From NCBI GenBank assembly GCA_023249675.1, contig JAHFCE010000008.1:39246-103245 (forward strand): 64,000 bases of DNA. The letters run 5' to 3'. The notes under the pieces were generated by a model. The model was not told the origin of the DNA. It did no database searches and saw nothing but the letters and a program-made list of their open reading frames with translations. The translations under genes and the position numbers were made by a program. This document shows, piece by piece, positions 18,499 through 27,998 of this stretch; the first letter of the stretch is position 1; the number at the start of each line of letters is the position of its first letter. This DNA comes from Elusimicrobiota bacterium. GTDB lineage: Bacteria > Elusimicrobiota > Elusimicrobia > UBA1565 > UBA9628.

Positions 18499-21400
18499 GG
18501 CGCCTTGTCGGCGGGGACGATCGCGGCCTGATAGATCTCGTCGTAGGTCCGCACGGCCGTGAGCTTGACGGCGTCGCGCACCTCCTTCGGGATACCCTCG
18601 AGGTCCTTGAGGTTGGCGAAGGGGAAGATCACTTCCGTGTAGCCCATGCGGTGCGCGGCCATGACCTTTTGCTTGAGGCCGCCGATCGGCAGGACGTCGC
18701 CGCGCTTGGTGATCTCTCCGGTCATCGCCAGGCCGGCAACGACCGAGCGTCCGGTGAGATCGCTGAGGATCGCCGTGACCATCAGGCTGCCCGCCGAGGG
18801 CCCGTCAATCTTGCCCGCCGGCGTGATGTTGATGTCCATGTCGATCTTCGTGAAGTCGATCTTTTCGAGGCCGAACTTGGCCGCGTTCTTCCTCACGTAG
18901 GCGTACGCGTTCTTGGCCGAGTCCTCGATGTCTTGGCCGAACTGCTTGCGCAGGGTCAACTTGCCGGTGCCGGGCTCGCTCCAGGCCTCGACGTTCAGCG
19001 TGGAGCCGCCGTAGTCGTTGACCGCGAGTCCCGTCGCCACGCCGACGCCGTTCTGCGCCATCTGGCGCGGGCTGAACTCCTCGCCGCCGAGGTAATGCGC
19101 GATGTCTTTTTCGTCGACGACGCCGGGGACGTTCTCGCCGCGCGTCTCGATCCAGGCGGAGATTTTGCGCAGGACGGACGCGACTTTCTCGCGCAGCCCG
19201 CGCACGCCGGCCTCCATCGTGTAGCCCTCGATGAGGCGGCGCAGGGCCCCTTTCGTCAGCGTCGCCTCAGCAGCTTTGAGACCCGCCTCCTCGAGCTCCT
19301 GAGGCACGAGGTGGCGTTCGGCGATCGCGATCTTTTCGAGCGTCGTGTAGCCCTCGAACTCGATGAGTTCCACACGGTCGCGCAGGGGCCCGGGAATGTT
19401 GCTCAGCTCGTTGGCGGTGACGATGAACAGCACCTCGGAGAGGTCATAAGGAACGTCCAGGTAGCGGTCGCGGAAGGTGTTATTCTGCTTCGGGTCCAGG
19501 ATTTCGAGCAAGGCCGCGGTCGGGTCGCCGGCGTTGCTGTTGCGGCCCATTTTGTCGACCTCGTCCATCAGCATGACGGGATTGACCGTGCCGGCGGCCC
19601 TCATCTGGCGCATGATCTCGCCGGGCATCGAGCCGACGTAGGTCCGGCCGTGTCCGCGCAGCACCGTCTCGTCGTGGACGCCCCCGAGCGAGAGGCGCAC
19701 GAACTTTCGGCCGAGGGCTTGGGCGATCGCGGCGGCAATCGAGGTCTTGCCCACGCCGGGGGGGCCCGTGAAGGCGATGATCGCACCCTTCTTGGACCCC
19801 GTCCTCTTGCGCACCGCCAGGAACTCGAGCACGCGCTCCTTGACCTTCTCCAGGCCTGCGTGATCCCGGTCGAGCGTCCCGCGCGCCGCCGCGATGTCGG
19901 TCACGTCCTCCGTGCGCCGGCTCCAGGGGACGTCTATCAGCCACTCAATGTAGGTCCGAACCTTCTGCGTCTCGGAGTCCCTCGGGGCCATCTGCGCCAT
20001 CTTCTCGTACTCGCGCGTGGTGATCTCTTGGATCGCCTCGGGCATGCCGATCGCCTTCATCTTCGCCTGGAGGGCCTCGATCGAGTCGAGGCTTCCGCCC
20101 CGGCCGTCTTTGGGGTCCGCGGCTCGATGCTCCGCCGGCTTTTTCAGCACGCGAACCCACGTCGAACGGTTGCCGCGTTTGCTGAACTTTAGATTTTCGA
20201 TGAACGCCCGCGTCAGCTCCGCGCCGCGCGCGAGCTCGGCGTCCTTCTTGTCGCCGACCGCTTTCCGGAGCACTTCGAGCGTCGCGACCGCGTCGAGGCC
20301 CGCGGCGAGGTCGGCGCCGATGTTCTGGCGCCGTTCCGCGGCATAGTGGACGTTGGACAGCAAGGACAGGCAGAGTCGGACGACGTCGAGCGGGTCTTTG
20401 GAGAGGGAGCTGCCCAGGGTTTTCTCGTACAGACGCAGCGAGCTCGTGATCGCCTCGAGCTTCGCATTGCCGAGCGCGATCGAGACCTGTTCAAGCGCCT
20501 TGGACTTCGGGCTCAGGCCCTTGTGTGCGGAGTACTTCTTGAAGACCGCGTCGAGGCGCGCGACCGCGCGCAGGTGGCTGGCGGCGTCGGGCGCGTTGGC
20601 GAGCTTGATCGCGTCGATCGCCTCGTTGTGCAGCTCCCAGATGTTGTCGGAGCTGTTCCCGGCCTGCTCGATCAGATCGAAGTAGACGACCTTGCCGTTG
20701 GCGAGAACGAGAAGCTCGCCGCGCGCGGCCAGAGCGAAGATCGCCGCGTTCATCTGCGGCATGTCGAGGCCCAGGGCCTTGCCCGCGCGAGTGAGCGTCT
20801 CGGGCGCGACGGTCTCGCCGGCGGAGGTATGCGCGCGGATCTGTGCGGCGAAGGCCGCGGTCTGCTGGCCCGAGGGCGTCCACGATTCCTCGGGCGCGGG
20901 CGTTTTGGACGTCGGCCCTTCATATAGGAAATCGCGGGCGTCGAATTGTTCAAGCAGAAGGAGTGCCGCGATATAGCCGTCGGCGACCTCGTCCTCGGCG
21001 GGGCGGCCGTCCTTTTTCAGCGGATCGAGCGAGTCGACCAAGGCGACGAGCTTGCGGTGCACGCGCGCGGGCATCGGCGGGACGTAGCCGGCCTGATAGG
21101 TCGCCGTCTTGAGCCACGCGAGGGCTTCCGCCAGGTCGGCGACGCGCTCTGTCAGCTTCGGCGTCAGGGTTTTGAGGCTTTCGAGGTCCTTCTTATGCGC
21201 GCCGAGGAACCCCGAGAAGAACTCGAGCATCGCATTGGCGCGCAGGACCTTGGCTTCCTCGAGCTGGGGAAGCGTCTGGCCCGGTTGGCCGGCCTTCTCG
21301 TAAGCGGCGACGGCCCGGTCCGCTTGGGCGACGGCGCGGGCGTGGTCGGCGGGATTGGCGCTGTTCAACAGCGCGACGGCGTTGCTGGCGAGGACGTCGG

Positions 21401-22103
21401 CGGCGTGTTCGGGGGCGGGCGCATGGGCGGGGGCGTCTACGCGCGCGCGGAAACTGAAGTAAACCGTGTCTTTGTTGTCTCGCATCGCGAGATGGCCCTC
21501 TTGGAGTAGCTCGGTGAACAAGGTTCCGGTTTTCTCCGGGTCGAGGCCGAGCCTCGCGCCGATCTCGCCGACCTTCGCGTAGGTCGCGATCGTGCCCGGC
21601 GCCGTTTCGTTGCGGATGCCGGCGAGGAGCCCGGCCTTGGCGTCCGGCGGCGCGTTCCCGCCGGGGGGCGCGGTCTTCTCGGAGCGAGGCAGGGCCTTGG
21701 GGCCGGAGCTCTCGGAACCGGCGACGTCGAAAGCCGCGGCGCGGCGTTCGGACGCGCCTTCAAACGCGCGGCCGGCCTGCGCCTTCGATTCGCTACCGCT
21801 TGACGTCGGCGTGAGCGTTACGGTTTGGCGCGCCGCGCCCGCGAGCGCCGCGCGCGGATCGGGGGTTGCGGCCTGCGCCGCTGTAGGCGCCGTGAGCAGA
21901 GATGGGGTCAGCCCCGCCGCGGACGCAGTGAGCGGCGGCGTGTTCGTCGCGGGGGCCTCAAGTCGCGGGAGCGCGAGCGACATGGTGAGTCCCGCTTCGC
22001 CCGCGACGGGCACACGCGCGACGCCCGTTGCGAAGGCAGGCCCGGGCGCCGCCATGGAAAGGGCGAGGGCGGCCGCCAGGCATCGGCGGGTGAACCGTCT
22101 CAT
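18495..22103 (-). CDS. lon: LonA-type ATP-dependent protease with atypical N-terminus (signal-like segment, A/P-rich linker, two winged-helix-like module repeats in place of the LON N-domain)
   Basis: AAA+ (GPPGVGKTS) and protease Ser (DGPSAGS). LonA linker motif (YIEWLIDVPW). N-terminus is MRRFTRRCLAAALALSMAAPGPAFA followed by low complexity. Confidence 0.85.
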   Translation of the reverse strand: MRRFTRRCLAAALALSMAAPGPAFATGVARVPVAGEAGLTMSLALPRLEAPATNTPPLTASAAGLTPSLLTAPTAAQAATPDPRAALAGAARQTVTLTPTSSGSESKAQAGRAFEGASERRAAAFDVAGSESSGPKALPRSEKTAPPGGNAPPDAKAGLLAGIRNETAPGTIATYAKVGEIGARLGLDPEKTGTLFTELLQEGHLAMRDNKDTVYFSFRARVDAPAHAPAPEHAADVLASNAVALLNSANPADHARAVAQADRAVAAYEKAGQPGQTLPQLEEAKVLRANAMLEFFSGFLGAHKKDLESLKTLTPKLTERVADLAEALAWLKTATYQAGYVPPMPARVHRKLVALVDSLDPLKKDGRPAEDEVADGYIAALLLLEQFDARDFLYEGPTSKTPAPEESWTPSGQQTAAFAAQIRAHTSAGETVAPETLTRAGKALGLDMPQMNAAIFALAARGELLVLANGKVVYFDLIEQAGNSSDNIWELHNEAIDAIKLANAPDAASHLRAVARLDAVFKKYSAHKGLSPKSKALEQVSIALGNAKLEAITSSLRLYEKTLGSSLSKDPLDVVRLCLSLLSNVHYAAERRQNIGADLAAGLDAVATLEVLRKAVGDKKDAELARGAELTRAFIENLKFSKRGNRSTWVRVLKKPAEHRAADPKDGRGGSLDSIEALQAKMKAIGMPEAIQEITTREYEKMAQMAPRDSETQKVRTYIEWLIDVPWSRRTEDVTDIAAARGTLDRDHAGLEKVKERVLEFLAVRKRTGSKKGAIIAFTGPPGVGKTSIAAAIAQALGRKFVRLSLGGVHDETVLRGHGRTYVGSMPGEIMRQMRAAGTVNPVMLMDEVDKMGRNSNAGDPTAALLEILDPKQNNTFRDRYLDVPYDLSEVLFIVTANELSNIPGPLRDRVELIEFEGYTTLEKIAIAERHLVPQELEEAGLKAAEATLTKGALRRLIEGYTMEAGVRGLREKVASVLRKISAWIETRGENVPGVVDEKDIAHYLGGEEFSPRQMAQNGVGVATGLAVNDYGGSTLNVEAWSEPGTGKLTLRKQFGQDIEDSAKNAYAYVRKNAAKFGLEKIDFTKIDMDINITPAGKIDGPSAGSLMVTAILSDLTGRSVVAGLAMTGEITKRGDVLPIGGLKQKVMAAHRMGYTEVIFPFANLKDLEGIPKEVRDAVKLTAVRTYDEIYQAAIVPADKAP

Positions 22104-25100
22104 TTCTTCCTCTCTGCCGTGAACGCGCCCTTGGCGGCGTTCCAGTCCACAGTGATCGCATCGCCCTGAGCGATGCGGTCCTCGAGCTCGGCCGCGACGA
22201 TTGCGTCGGGCAGCTTGTGGTCGACAATCTGCTTGAGCGGGCGGGCGCCATATTTCTGGGCTTCGGTGCGCTTGAGAATCTCGGCGCGGGCGCCGGGCGT
22301 GAGCGTCATTCTCATGCTGCGCTTCTCCCGGAGTTGGTTTTCGAACTTCTTTAGGAGGAGATCAAGAATCTTTTCCATCTGGGGCCTGCCGAGGTCTTTG
22401 AACACCACGACCCCGTCGTCCTCGCCGACGCGGCCGATGAGTTCCGGCCGCAGCGCGGCCCGAAGCGCGGCAAGGTACTGCGCGTGCCGCGCGGCCGCGG
22501 CTTCCTCGGGCTGCTCGCTCCCGGAGCGAAAGCCCATGTGGGGGCGCCCGGGCGAGTCGACGCCCTCGTCGTCTCCGGCGAGCGCGCCGCCGATGTTCGA
22601 GGTCATCATGACGATCGTGTGGGAGAAGTCCACTGTGCGGCCACGGCCATCGGTGAGCCGCCCGTCCTCAAGGATTTGCAGGAGGATGTTCAACACCTCG
22701 GGGTGAGCCTTCTCGATTTCGTCGAACAGGATGACGGAGTACGGGTTGCGGCGGATTTTTTCGGTGAGCTGGCCGGCCTCCTCGTAGCCGACATAGCCGG
22801 GGGGCGCTCCGACCATGCGGGAAACCGCCTCCTTGCCTACGTACTCGCTCATGTCCAGGCGAACCATCTTATTCTCCGAGCCGAACACGATCCTCGCCGT
22901 TTGGCGCGCGAGCTCGGTTTTGCCCACCCCTGTCGGGCCGAGGAAGATGAATGCGGCGGTCGGCTGTTTGGGATCGCGCAGGCCCATGCGGCCGCGCTGC
23001 ACGCCCTTGGCCACCTTTGAGACCGCCTCATCCTGGCCGATCACGGCCGCGCCGAGCTTTTCGGGCAGGTTCTTGAGCCGGTCCTTTTCCGCGGCGCTGA
23101 TCTCGCCGGCGGGAATACCGGTGCGCCGGGAGATTTCCTGGGCGATGTCTTCCGGAAGGACCTCGCGCCGCGCCTTCGCGGCGCCTGACTGTGCGGCCAA
23201 GGAGGCCCTCATCTTGACTGCGACGCTCGCGTCGTCGAGCAGGTCGAGGGCCGAGTCGGGAAGGTTGCGGTCCGTGATGTAGCGCAAGGCCAGCGCCACG
23301 ACGGCCTTCACCGTTTCCGCGCCGATCACGACTCCTTGCTTTTTTTCGTAGATCGACTTGACGCCCGCGACGATGTGTTCAGCCTCCTCCTGAGTTGGAG
23401 GCAGGAGCTGGATGGGGTTGAAGCGGCGGGCAAGCGCGCCGTCCTTCTCGATCGTGCGGTACTCATCCAACGTCGTCGCTCCGATCAGCGAGATCGAGCC
23501 ATCGGCGAGGGCGGCCTTCAACATGTTGGCGGCGTCCTGCGTGCCTTCCTTGATGGCCCCGGCTCCGACGAGCGTGTGGATCTCGTCGATGAAGAGACGG
23601 ACCTTTCCCTGCGAGTCGCGGGCCTCTTGTATGATTTTGACCATGCGTTTTTCGAAGTCGCCGCGAAAAGTCGTGCCGGCGACGACCGCGGCGAGGTCGA
23701 GGTGGATGATGTTGACGCCCTCAAGTTCGGGGATCTTTCCGTCGACGATCATCTGCGCCAAGCCGTTGACCATCTCGCTCTTGCCCACGCCCGGCGCGCC
23801 GATGATGAGGGGATTGGTTTTCTTGAGGCGCAGCAGGGTCTTCACGATCTGGAGCATCTCGGACTCGCGGCCGATCAGCGGGGGCAGTTTGCCCTCGACG
23901 GCGAGGCGCGTCACGTTGGCGCCGTAGGCGTTGAGCGCCGTGTAACTCTTGTCGTCCTTCGCGATAAGCGGGAACAGCCCGCGGCGGATATTGGCGACCG
24001 GGATCAGGTCGATGTCGTTGCCGGGAAGCGGCGCGCCCTTGTGGAATGCCTGGAACAGGGCCCAGCCGGCGGACATGGCCTTCTGCTGGTCGGGGTCCCA
24101 GTGCTGGAACGGCGGGAGCTTCACGGCGAATTTGGCGAGTCGAGCCTGTTTGTCGGCATCGAGCGGCGTTGGATCGGCCTGATTAGCGGCATAGAATTGG
24201 CCCTCGAGCGCCTTCAAGACGTCATCGATGAACGCGTGCGCGTTCTGGTTGACCGGGTCCGCGGGCTTCACGGGGAGCTTCTTGCCGTACGCGGAGAGCA
24301 CGTCGCGCGAGAGTTCGAGGGCCGCGTTCTTATAGAGGATGGCCACTTCGGCGCGGGCCGCGTCGGCGCCGGCGGCCGCGAGGAGGCGCAGGGCTTCGCC
24401 GAAAGAGGCGAGGGCGAGCACGTGAGAATCCGGGCTGCGGCCGTTGAGCAGGTCGATGCCCTCGATTGTCTTTTCGTTGGCCCCATCGAGCAAGGTGTCG
24501 TTGGCCCGGGCTCCGTCGTCGCGCTGGACCGCTTGGCTGTAAATGTAGACGCGGCCGGAGAAAAGACGGACGAGCTGGCCTTCCTTGGCGAGCTCGTCGA
24601 CCGCCCGGTTGCCCTGGGCGGCCGGCACGCCGGCGCCGATCGCGAGCTGGTTGATGCGCATGCGGTCGAGGGCCTCTCCGGGCTTCACATTTTGGGCCAG
24701 CGCGTCGCGCATCGCTTGGACCTGGTCGGCGGTCGGCTTGGCCGGTGTGGGGTCGCTTGCGGCGGCGGCGGAGCGCAGCGGGGTCAGAGCGGAGAGCACG
24801 TCGAACCTTTCCCCGCCTTCGAAGGCGGCGGCGGCGGCGGACTTGGACGCGCTGGGACTCAGCGCCGGAGTGAGGTTCTGGGCCGAGAGCGCGGCGCCAT
24901 CGAGAACGGCCTTGGCGGCGGCCGGCTGGCCCTGGGCGGGGATCGCGGCTGCAACGAGACCGGCCGGCATCGGAGCGGAAAGGGGCGTCTCCGCGGGGCT
25001 TGCGGGTGAAAGCGTCGCGGGAAGTTTCGGCGTCATGGAGAGGCCGCCGAGCGTGGCGCCGATGGCGCCGACTGTTCCGGAGGCGGGGACCGCGGCCCCC

Positions 25101-25225
25101 CGGGCTTTGCCCACCTGGGCGAAGGCCTCGTGATTTCCTGGAAGCGCGACGAGGAAGGCGGCCAGAAGAGAGCGGGACAGGAGGGTCGAGGGGCGGCCGT
25201 TCATCTTTTTCATGAGTGTCTCCAA
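22100..25225 (-). CDS. ClpA/ClpB-family double-AAA+ unfoldase with atypical N-terminus homologous to that of the adjacent Lon
   Basis: D1 (GAPGVGKSEMV) and D2 (GPTGVGKTELAR) AAA modules with a short inter-domain linker (ClpA/C-like). N-terminal signal-like segment MKKMNGRPSTLLSRSLLAAFLVALPGNHEAFA. 4-nt overlap with lon. Confidence 0.85.
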   Translation of the reverse strand: METLMKKMNGRPSTLLSRSLLAAFLVALPGNHEAFAQVGKARGAAVPASGTVGAIGATLGGLSMTPKLPATLSPASPAETPLSAPMPAGLVAAAIPAQGQPAAAKAVLDGAALSAQNLTPALSPSASKSAAAAAFEGGERFDVLSALTPLRSAAAASDPTPAKPTADQVQAMRDALAQNVKPGEALDRMRINQLAIGAGVPAAQGNRAVDELAKEGQLVRLFSGRVYIYSQAVQRDDGARANDTLLDGANEKTIEGIDLLNGRSPDSHVLALASFGEALRLLAAAGADAARAEVAILYKNAALELSRDVLSAYGKKLPVKPADPVNQNAHAFIDDVLKALEGQFYAANQADPTPLDADKQARLAKFAVKLPPFQHWDPDQQKAMSAGWALFQAFHKGAPLPGNDIDLIPVANIRRGLFPLIAKDDKSYTALNAYGANVTRLAVEGKLPPLIGRESEMLQIVKTLLRLKKTNPLIIGAPGVGKSEMVNGLAQMIVDGKIPELEGVNIIHLDLAAVVAGTTFRGDFEKRMVKIIQEARDSQGKVRLFIDEIHTLVGAGAIKEGTQDAANMLKAALADGSISLIGATTLDEYRTIEKDGALARRFNPIQLLPPTQEEAEHIVAGVKSIYEKKQGVVIGAETVKAVVALALRYITDRNLPDSALDLLDDASVAVKMRASLAAQSGAAKARREVLPEDIAQEISRRTGIPAGEISAAEKDRLKNLPEKLGAAVIGQDEAVSKVAKGVQRGRMGLRDPKQPTAAFIFLGPTGVGKTELARQTARIVFGSENKMVRLDMSEYVGKEAVSRMVGAPPGYVGYEEAGQLTEKIRRNPYSVILFDEIEKAHPEVLNILLQILEDGRLTDGRGRTVDFSHTIVMMTSNIGGALAGDDEGVDSPGRPHMGFRSGSEQPEEAAAARHAQYLAALRAALRPELIGRVGEDDGVVVFKDLGRPQMEKILDLLLKKFENQLREKRSMRMTLTPGARAEILKRTEAQKYGARPLKQIVDHKLPDAIVAAELEDRIAQGDAITVDWNAAKGAFTAERKK

Positions 25226-25318
25226 CCGGTATTGTAACGGCGTGGCGCGCAGTCCGCGGGGGCCGATTGGGCCCAGGGGGAAGGGGAAAGGCCCTACTAA
25301 AGGTAGGAGGCGGAAGGC

Positions 25319-26236
25319 CTAGTCCTTTTGGGTCTTGGGGCCTGGAGCCCGGTCGTTCCAGTCGACGTTCTTGAAGCGGCGGTGCGCCCACAGGGCTTGG
25401 CCGGGCACGGCGCGCATCCAGCCCTCGACATGATCGGCCAGGCGCTGATTATCGGCCTTGTCGTCATCAGTGAGCGTGATCTCGGGCTCGATGATGATCC
25501 GCACGCGGCCGTCGGCCTCGCGTTTCGGGAGCACGGGCAGGATCGTCGCTCCCGTGCGGCGCGCGAGCGGCGCGATCGCGGCCAAGGTGTGCACCTGGAC
25601 TCCGAACAGGCGCATCGGTTCGCCCATCGGCGGGGGCATGTACTGGTCCATGACGAACACGACCCCGCCGCCGTCGCGAAGGGCTTTCATCACGGTCGCA
25701 ATCGTGCGCGGCTGGTAGGCGGCCTTCACGCCGAGCGAGAGGCGGGTCCTCTCCATCCAGTCGTGAAGCCACGCGGGCTTGAGCCGGCGCGTGACGATGG
25801 TGACGGGAACGCCCCTGATCGCGGCGATCGCGGCGGCGAACTCCCAGTTCGCGATGTGCGTGCCGAGAAACAGCACGCCCTTGCCGCGCGCCCGCGCCCG
25901 CTCCCAGTGCTCGTCGCCCTCGACGGTGACGTTGCGCCGGACGTAGGAGCGGAAGTGGCCCGGCAGAGGCGCGAACATGTGCGCGAGCTCGAGCACCATC
26001 CGGCCGTAGTGCTCGTAATTCTCGCGCAGCAGGAGCCGGCGCTCTTCCGCCGTCCGCTCCGGGAAGCAATGCGCGAGGTTGTCGCGCGCGACGCGGACGT
26101 GCCTCGTCTCGAAGATGAGCGCCAAGCGGCCCAGGAAGCCCCCCAAGGACATTTCCCAGGAGCGCGGCAGGGCGGCGACGAATAGTCCCATGCCGTGCAG
26201 CGGGACGCGCAGCAGCAGCGCGAGGATCGGATTCAC
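25319..26236 (-). CDS. lpxL: Lipid A biosynthesis secondary acyltransferase (LpxL/HtrB family)
   Basis: N-terminal TM anchor and LpxL family pattern (about 305 aa, HX4D-like region). Confidence 0.68.
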   Translation of the reverse strand: MNPILALLLRVPLHGMGLFVAALPRSWEMSLGGFLGRLALIFETRHVRVARDNLAHCFPERTAEERRLLLRENYEHYGRMVLELAHMFAPLPGHFRSYVRRNVTVEGDEHWERARARGKGVLFLGTHIANWEFAAAIAAIRGVPVTIVTRRLKPAWLHDWMERTRLSLGVKAAYQPRTIATVMKALRDGGGVVFVMDQYMPPPMGEPMRLFGVQVHTLAAIAPLARRTGATILPVLPKREADGRVRIIIEPEITLTDDDKADNQRLADHVEGWMRAVPGQALWAHRRFKNVDWNDRAPGPKTQKD

Positions 26237-26242
26237 GCGGTC

Positions 26243-27103
26243 TTAGTCGCGGCCGCCGCGGGGCAAGGTCGGGAGCAGGGCGCGCGCGATGCTCGGCACG
26301 AACTCGGGGCGCAGGAGGCGTGGATCGTAGGGCGCCAGGCGCTTCTCGTTCTCGCGCAGGCACAGCTCGACGAACTCGCGCGGCGAGATGTCGCCGAACT
26401 GGGCGTGCGCGTTCATCGTGAAGTTGTCCTGCCCGCTGTCGGCCGCGCCCTTGATGCGCATCGCGGTTTTCAGCCGGCTCAGCGCCTGCAGCCACATGGC
26501 CAGGCCGCGCCGGAACACGTAGCGCGGGCGGCCGGCGTAGGGCAGCCGGGCCTGGTTGTAGGCGACCCAGTTCACGTGGAAGATGATGTGGCGGCCTTCT
26601 TCCTGCATGATCGGCTCGAACAGCTCCACGAGCGGTGGAGGGAAGAAGCCGGAGTCGCGCGCGAGCGCGAACAGGCCGAAGGCGAAGAACGAGTCGAAGC
26701 ATTCCCCGTAGCCGATGCGCATGAACGCCCAGCTCGGATCGGCGGGCGCCGCGGGGGAGAACGCCGGGACCGGGATGCCGTACTTCTCGGTCAGGAGCTT
26801 GAGAATTTCGGCATGGCGCTGCTCCTCGTAGCCCTGCAAAGTGATCGCTTTCGACAGGATGGGATCTTTCTCGGCGGCGCCCATCGTCAGCACGGCGAGC
26901 GCTGTCTCCGCTTCGGTGCGCACCGCCTCTTCCCAGATCGGCAGAGCCTGCAGGCGCTTGACCACGTCGCCGCTCAGCGCGGGCCATTGGAGCTCGGCCG
27001 GCACATAGGGATCGTGGCTTTCCGTGAAAAAGGAGCACAAAAGCTCCTTGTGCGCGGGCGAGCCGATCGCGAGAGGGGGGCGAGCTGGGACGGTGGTCTT
27101 CAT
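26243..27103 (-). CDS. Ferritin-like diiron-carboxylate protein (acyl-ACP desaturase/AurF-like), 7 bp upstream of lpxL
   Basis: Two ExxH motifs (YEEQRHAEIL, MQEEGRHIIF) about 90 aa apart. Start set at MKTTVPARP. Confidence 0.5.
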   Translation of the reverse strand: MKTTVPARPPLAIGSPAHKELLCSFFTESHDPYVPAELQWPALSGDVVKRLQALPIWEEAVRTEAETALAVLTMGAAEKDPILSKAITLQGYEEQRHAEILKLLTEKYGIPVPAFSPAAPADPSWAFMRIGYGECFDSFFAFGLFALARDSGFFPPPLVELFEPIMQEEGRHIIFHVNWVAYNQARLPYAGRPRYVFRRGLAMWLQALSRLKTAMRIKGAADSGQDNFTMNAHAQFGDISPREFVELCLRENEKRLAPYDPRLLRPEFVPSIARALLPTLPRGGRD

Positions 27104-27198
27104 AACGTTCCCGACGTAAATTCTACAAAATTGACAATTTGGGGGCACGCTGAAAATTAACATTGACGTCCGCCCCGGGCGGAGGCTATGCTTGCCGG

Positions 27199-27546
27199 AT
27201 GAGACATCTTCGACCTTTCGGACTCCTGCTGGCCGCCGCGACTTTGGCCTCGTGCGGCATCCTTTACACGGACATCAAGGTCCCGCGCGGCTACCGCACG
27301 GCGACGCCCGCGGAGGTGAAGTCGGCGCCGGAGGATCCGACGGTCACCGGGCAGGCCTGCAACCGCTCGGCGATTTTCCTCTTCGCCTGGGGCGACGGCT
27401 CCTATGCCGCGGCGGTCTCGGACGCGCTCGGCAAGCGCGACGGCATCCTCTACGACGTGCGCGCGGACGTCAAGGTGAACGCCTACGTGCTCGGCCTGTA
27501 CACGAAGGTGTGCACGGTGCTCAGCGGCAAGGTCGCCAAGCCGTGA
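27199..27546 (+). CDS. TRL-like family lipoprotein, paralog 1
   Basis: Signal plus lipobox (LASCG). Conserved C-terminal half shared with the downstream paralog (YDVRADVKVNAYVLGLYTKVCT). Confidence 0.55.
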   Translation: MRHLRPFGLLLAAATLASCGILYTDIKVPRGYRTATPAEVKSAPEDPTVTGQACNRSAIFLFAWGDGSYAAAVSDALGKRDGILYDVRADVKVNAYVLGLYTKVCTVLSGKVAKP

Positions 27547-27998
27547 GATTTCGGGTTCTTGCTCTTGCCGGGCTTCTTCTTGCCGCTTTCGTGTCCGCCG
27601 CCCGAGCGAGGGGCGAGAACGACGAAGACACGGCGGTGCCCGGCCTGATTCCGGCGGGAAGCTTGATGCTTTTCTACCAGACGCAGGGCCCGCTGTCGTT
27701 TGTCGCGATGACGCCGAAGGACCGTCCCCAGGGCGCGCGCGAGCTCGGCACGGTTAAGGGCGTCTCCTGCCAGCACGGCCTGTCCATTCCGCTGTCGGCC
27801 GACGTGCGCGGAACCAGCGTTACCGGCGCGTACGGCAACGGGAGCTTCGTGAAGGCGATCGCGCAGATCAAGAAGATGAAGCCCGAGGTGAGCGGGATCT
27901 ACGACGTGCGCGTCGATCTGCGCGTGTTCAGCCTCCTCGGCATTTACCGGAAGCTCTGCACCGAGGTGACCGCGCGCGCCTTCGGCGCCGCGGCGTAG
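27543..27998 (+). CDS. TRL-like family protein, paralog 2 (GTG start overlapping upstream stop)
   Basis: Signal peptide. Paralogous C-terminus (YDVRVDLRVFSLLGIYRKLCT). Confidence 0.5.
   Translation: MRFRVLALAGLLLAAFVSAARARGENDEDTAVPGLIPAGSLMLFYQTQGPLSFVAMTPKDRPQGARELGTVKGVSCQHGLSIPLSADVRGTSVTGAYGNGSFVKAIAQIKKMKPEVSGIYDVRVDLRVFSLLGIYRKLCTEVTARAFGAAA

Noticed and set aside
18651-20192. 513-aa ORF antisense to lon, and similar ORFs at 19480-19944 and 20346-20927
   Set aside because: Antisense to a gene with unmistakable Lon motifs. The composition is not protein-like.
23336-25391. 557-aa plus-strand and 353-aa minus-strand ORFs overlapping the Clp-type ATPase gene
   Set aside because: Both are Arg/Gly/Pro-rich shadows of the ClpA/B reading frame, which carries two clear AAA modules.
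25467-27038. 523-aa minus-strand ORF spanning the lpxL and diiron genes out of frame
   Set aside because: Extremely Arg/Pro/Ala-rich. The other frame yields recognisable LpxL and ExxH-motif proteins.
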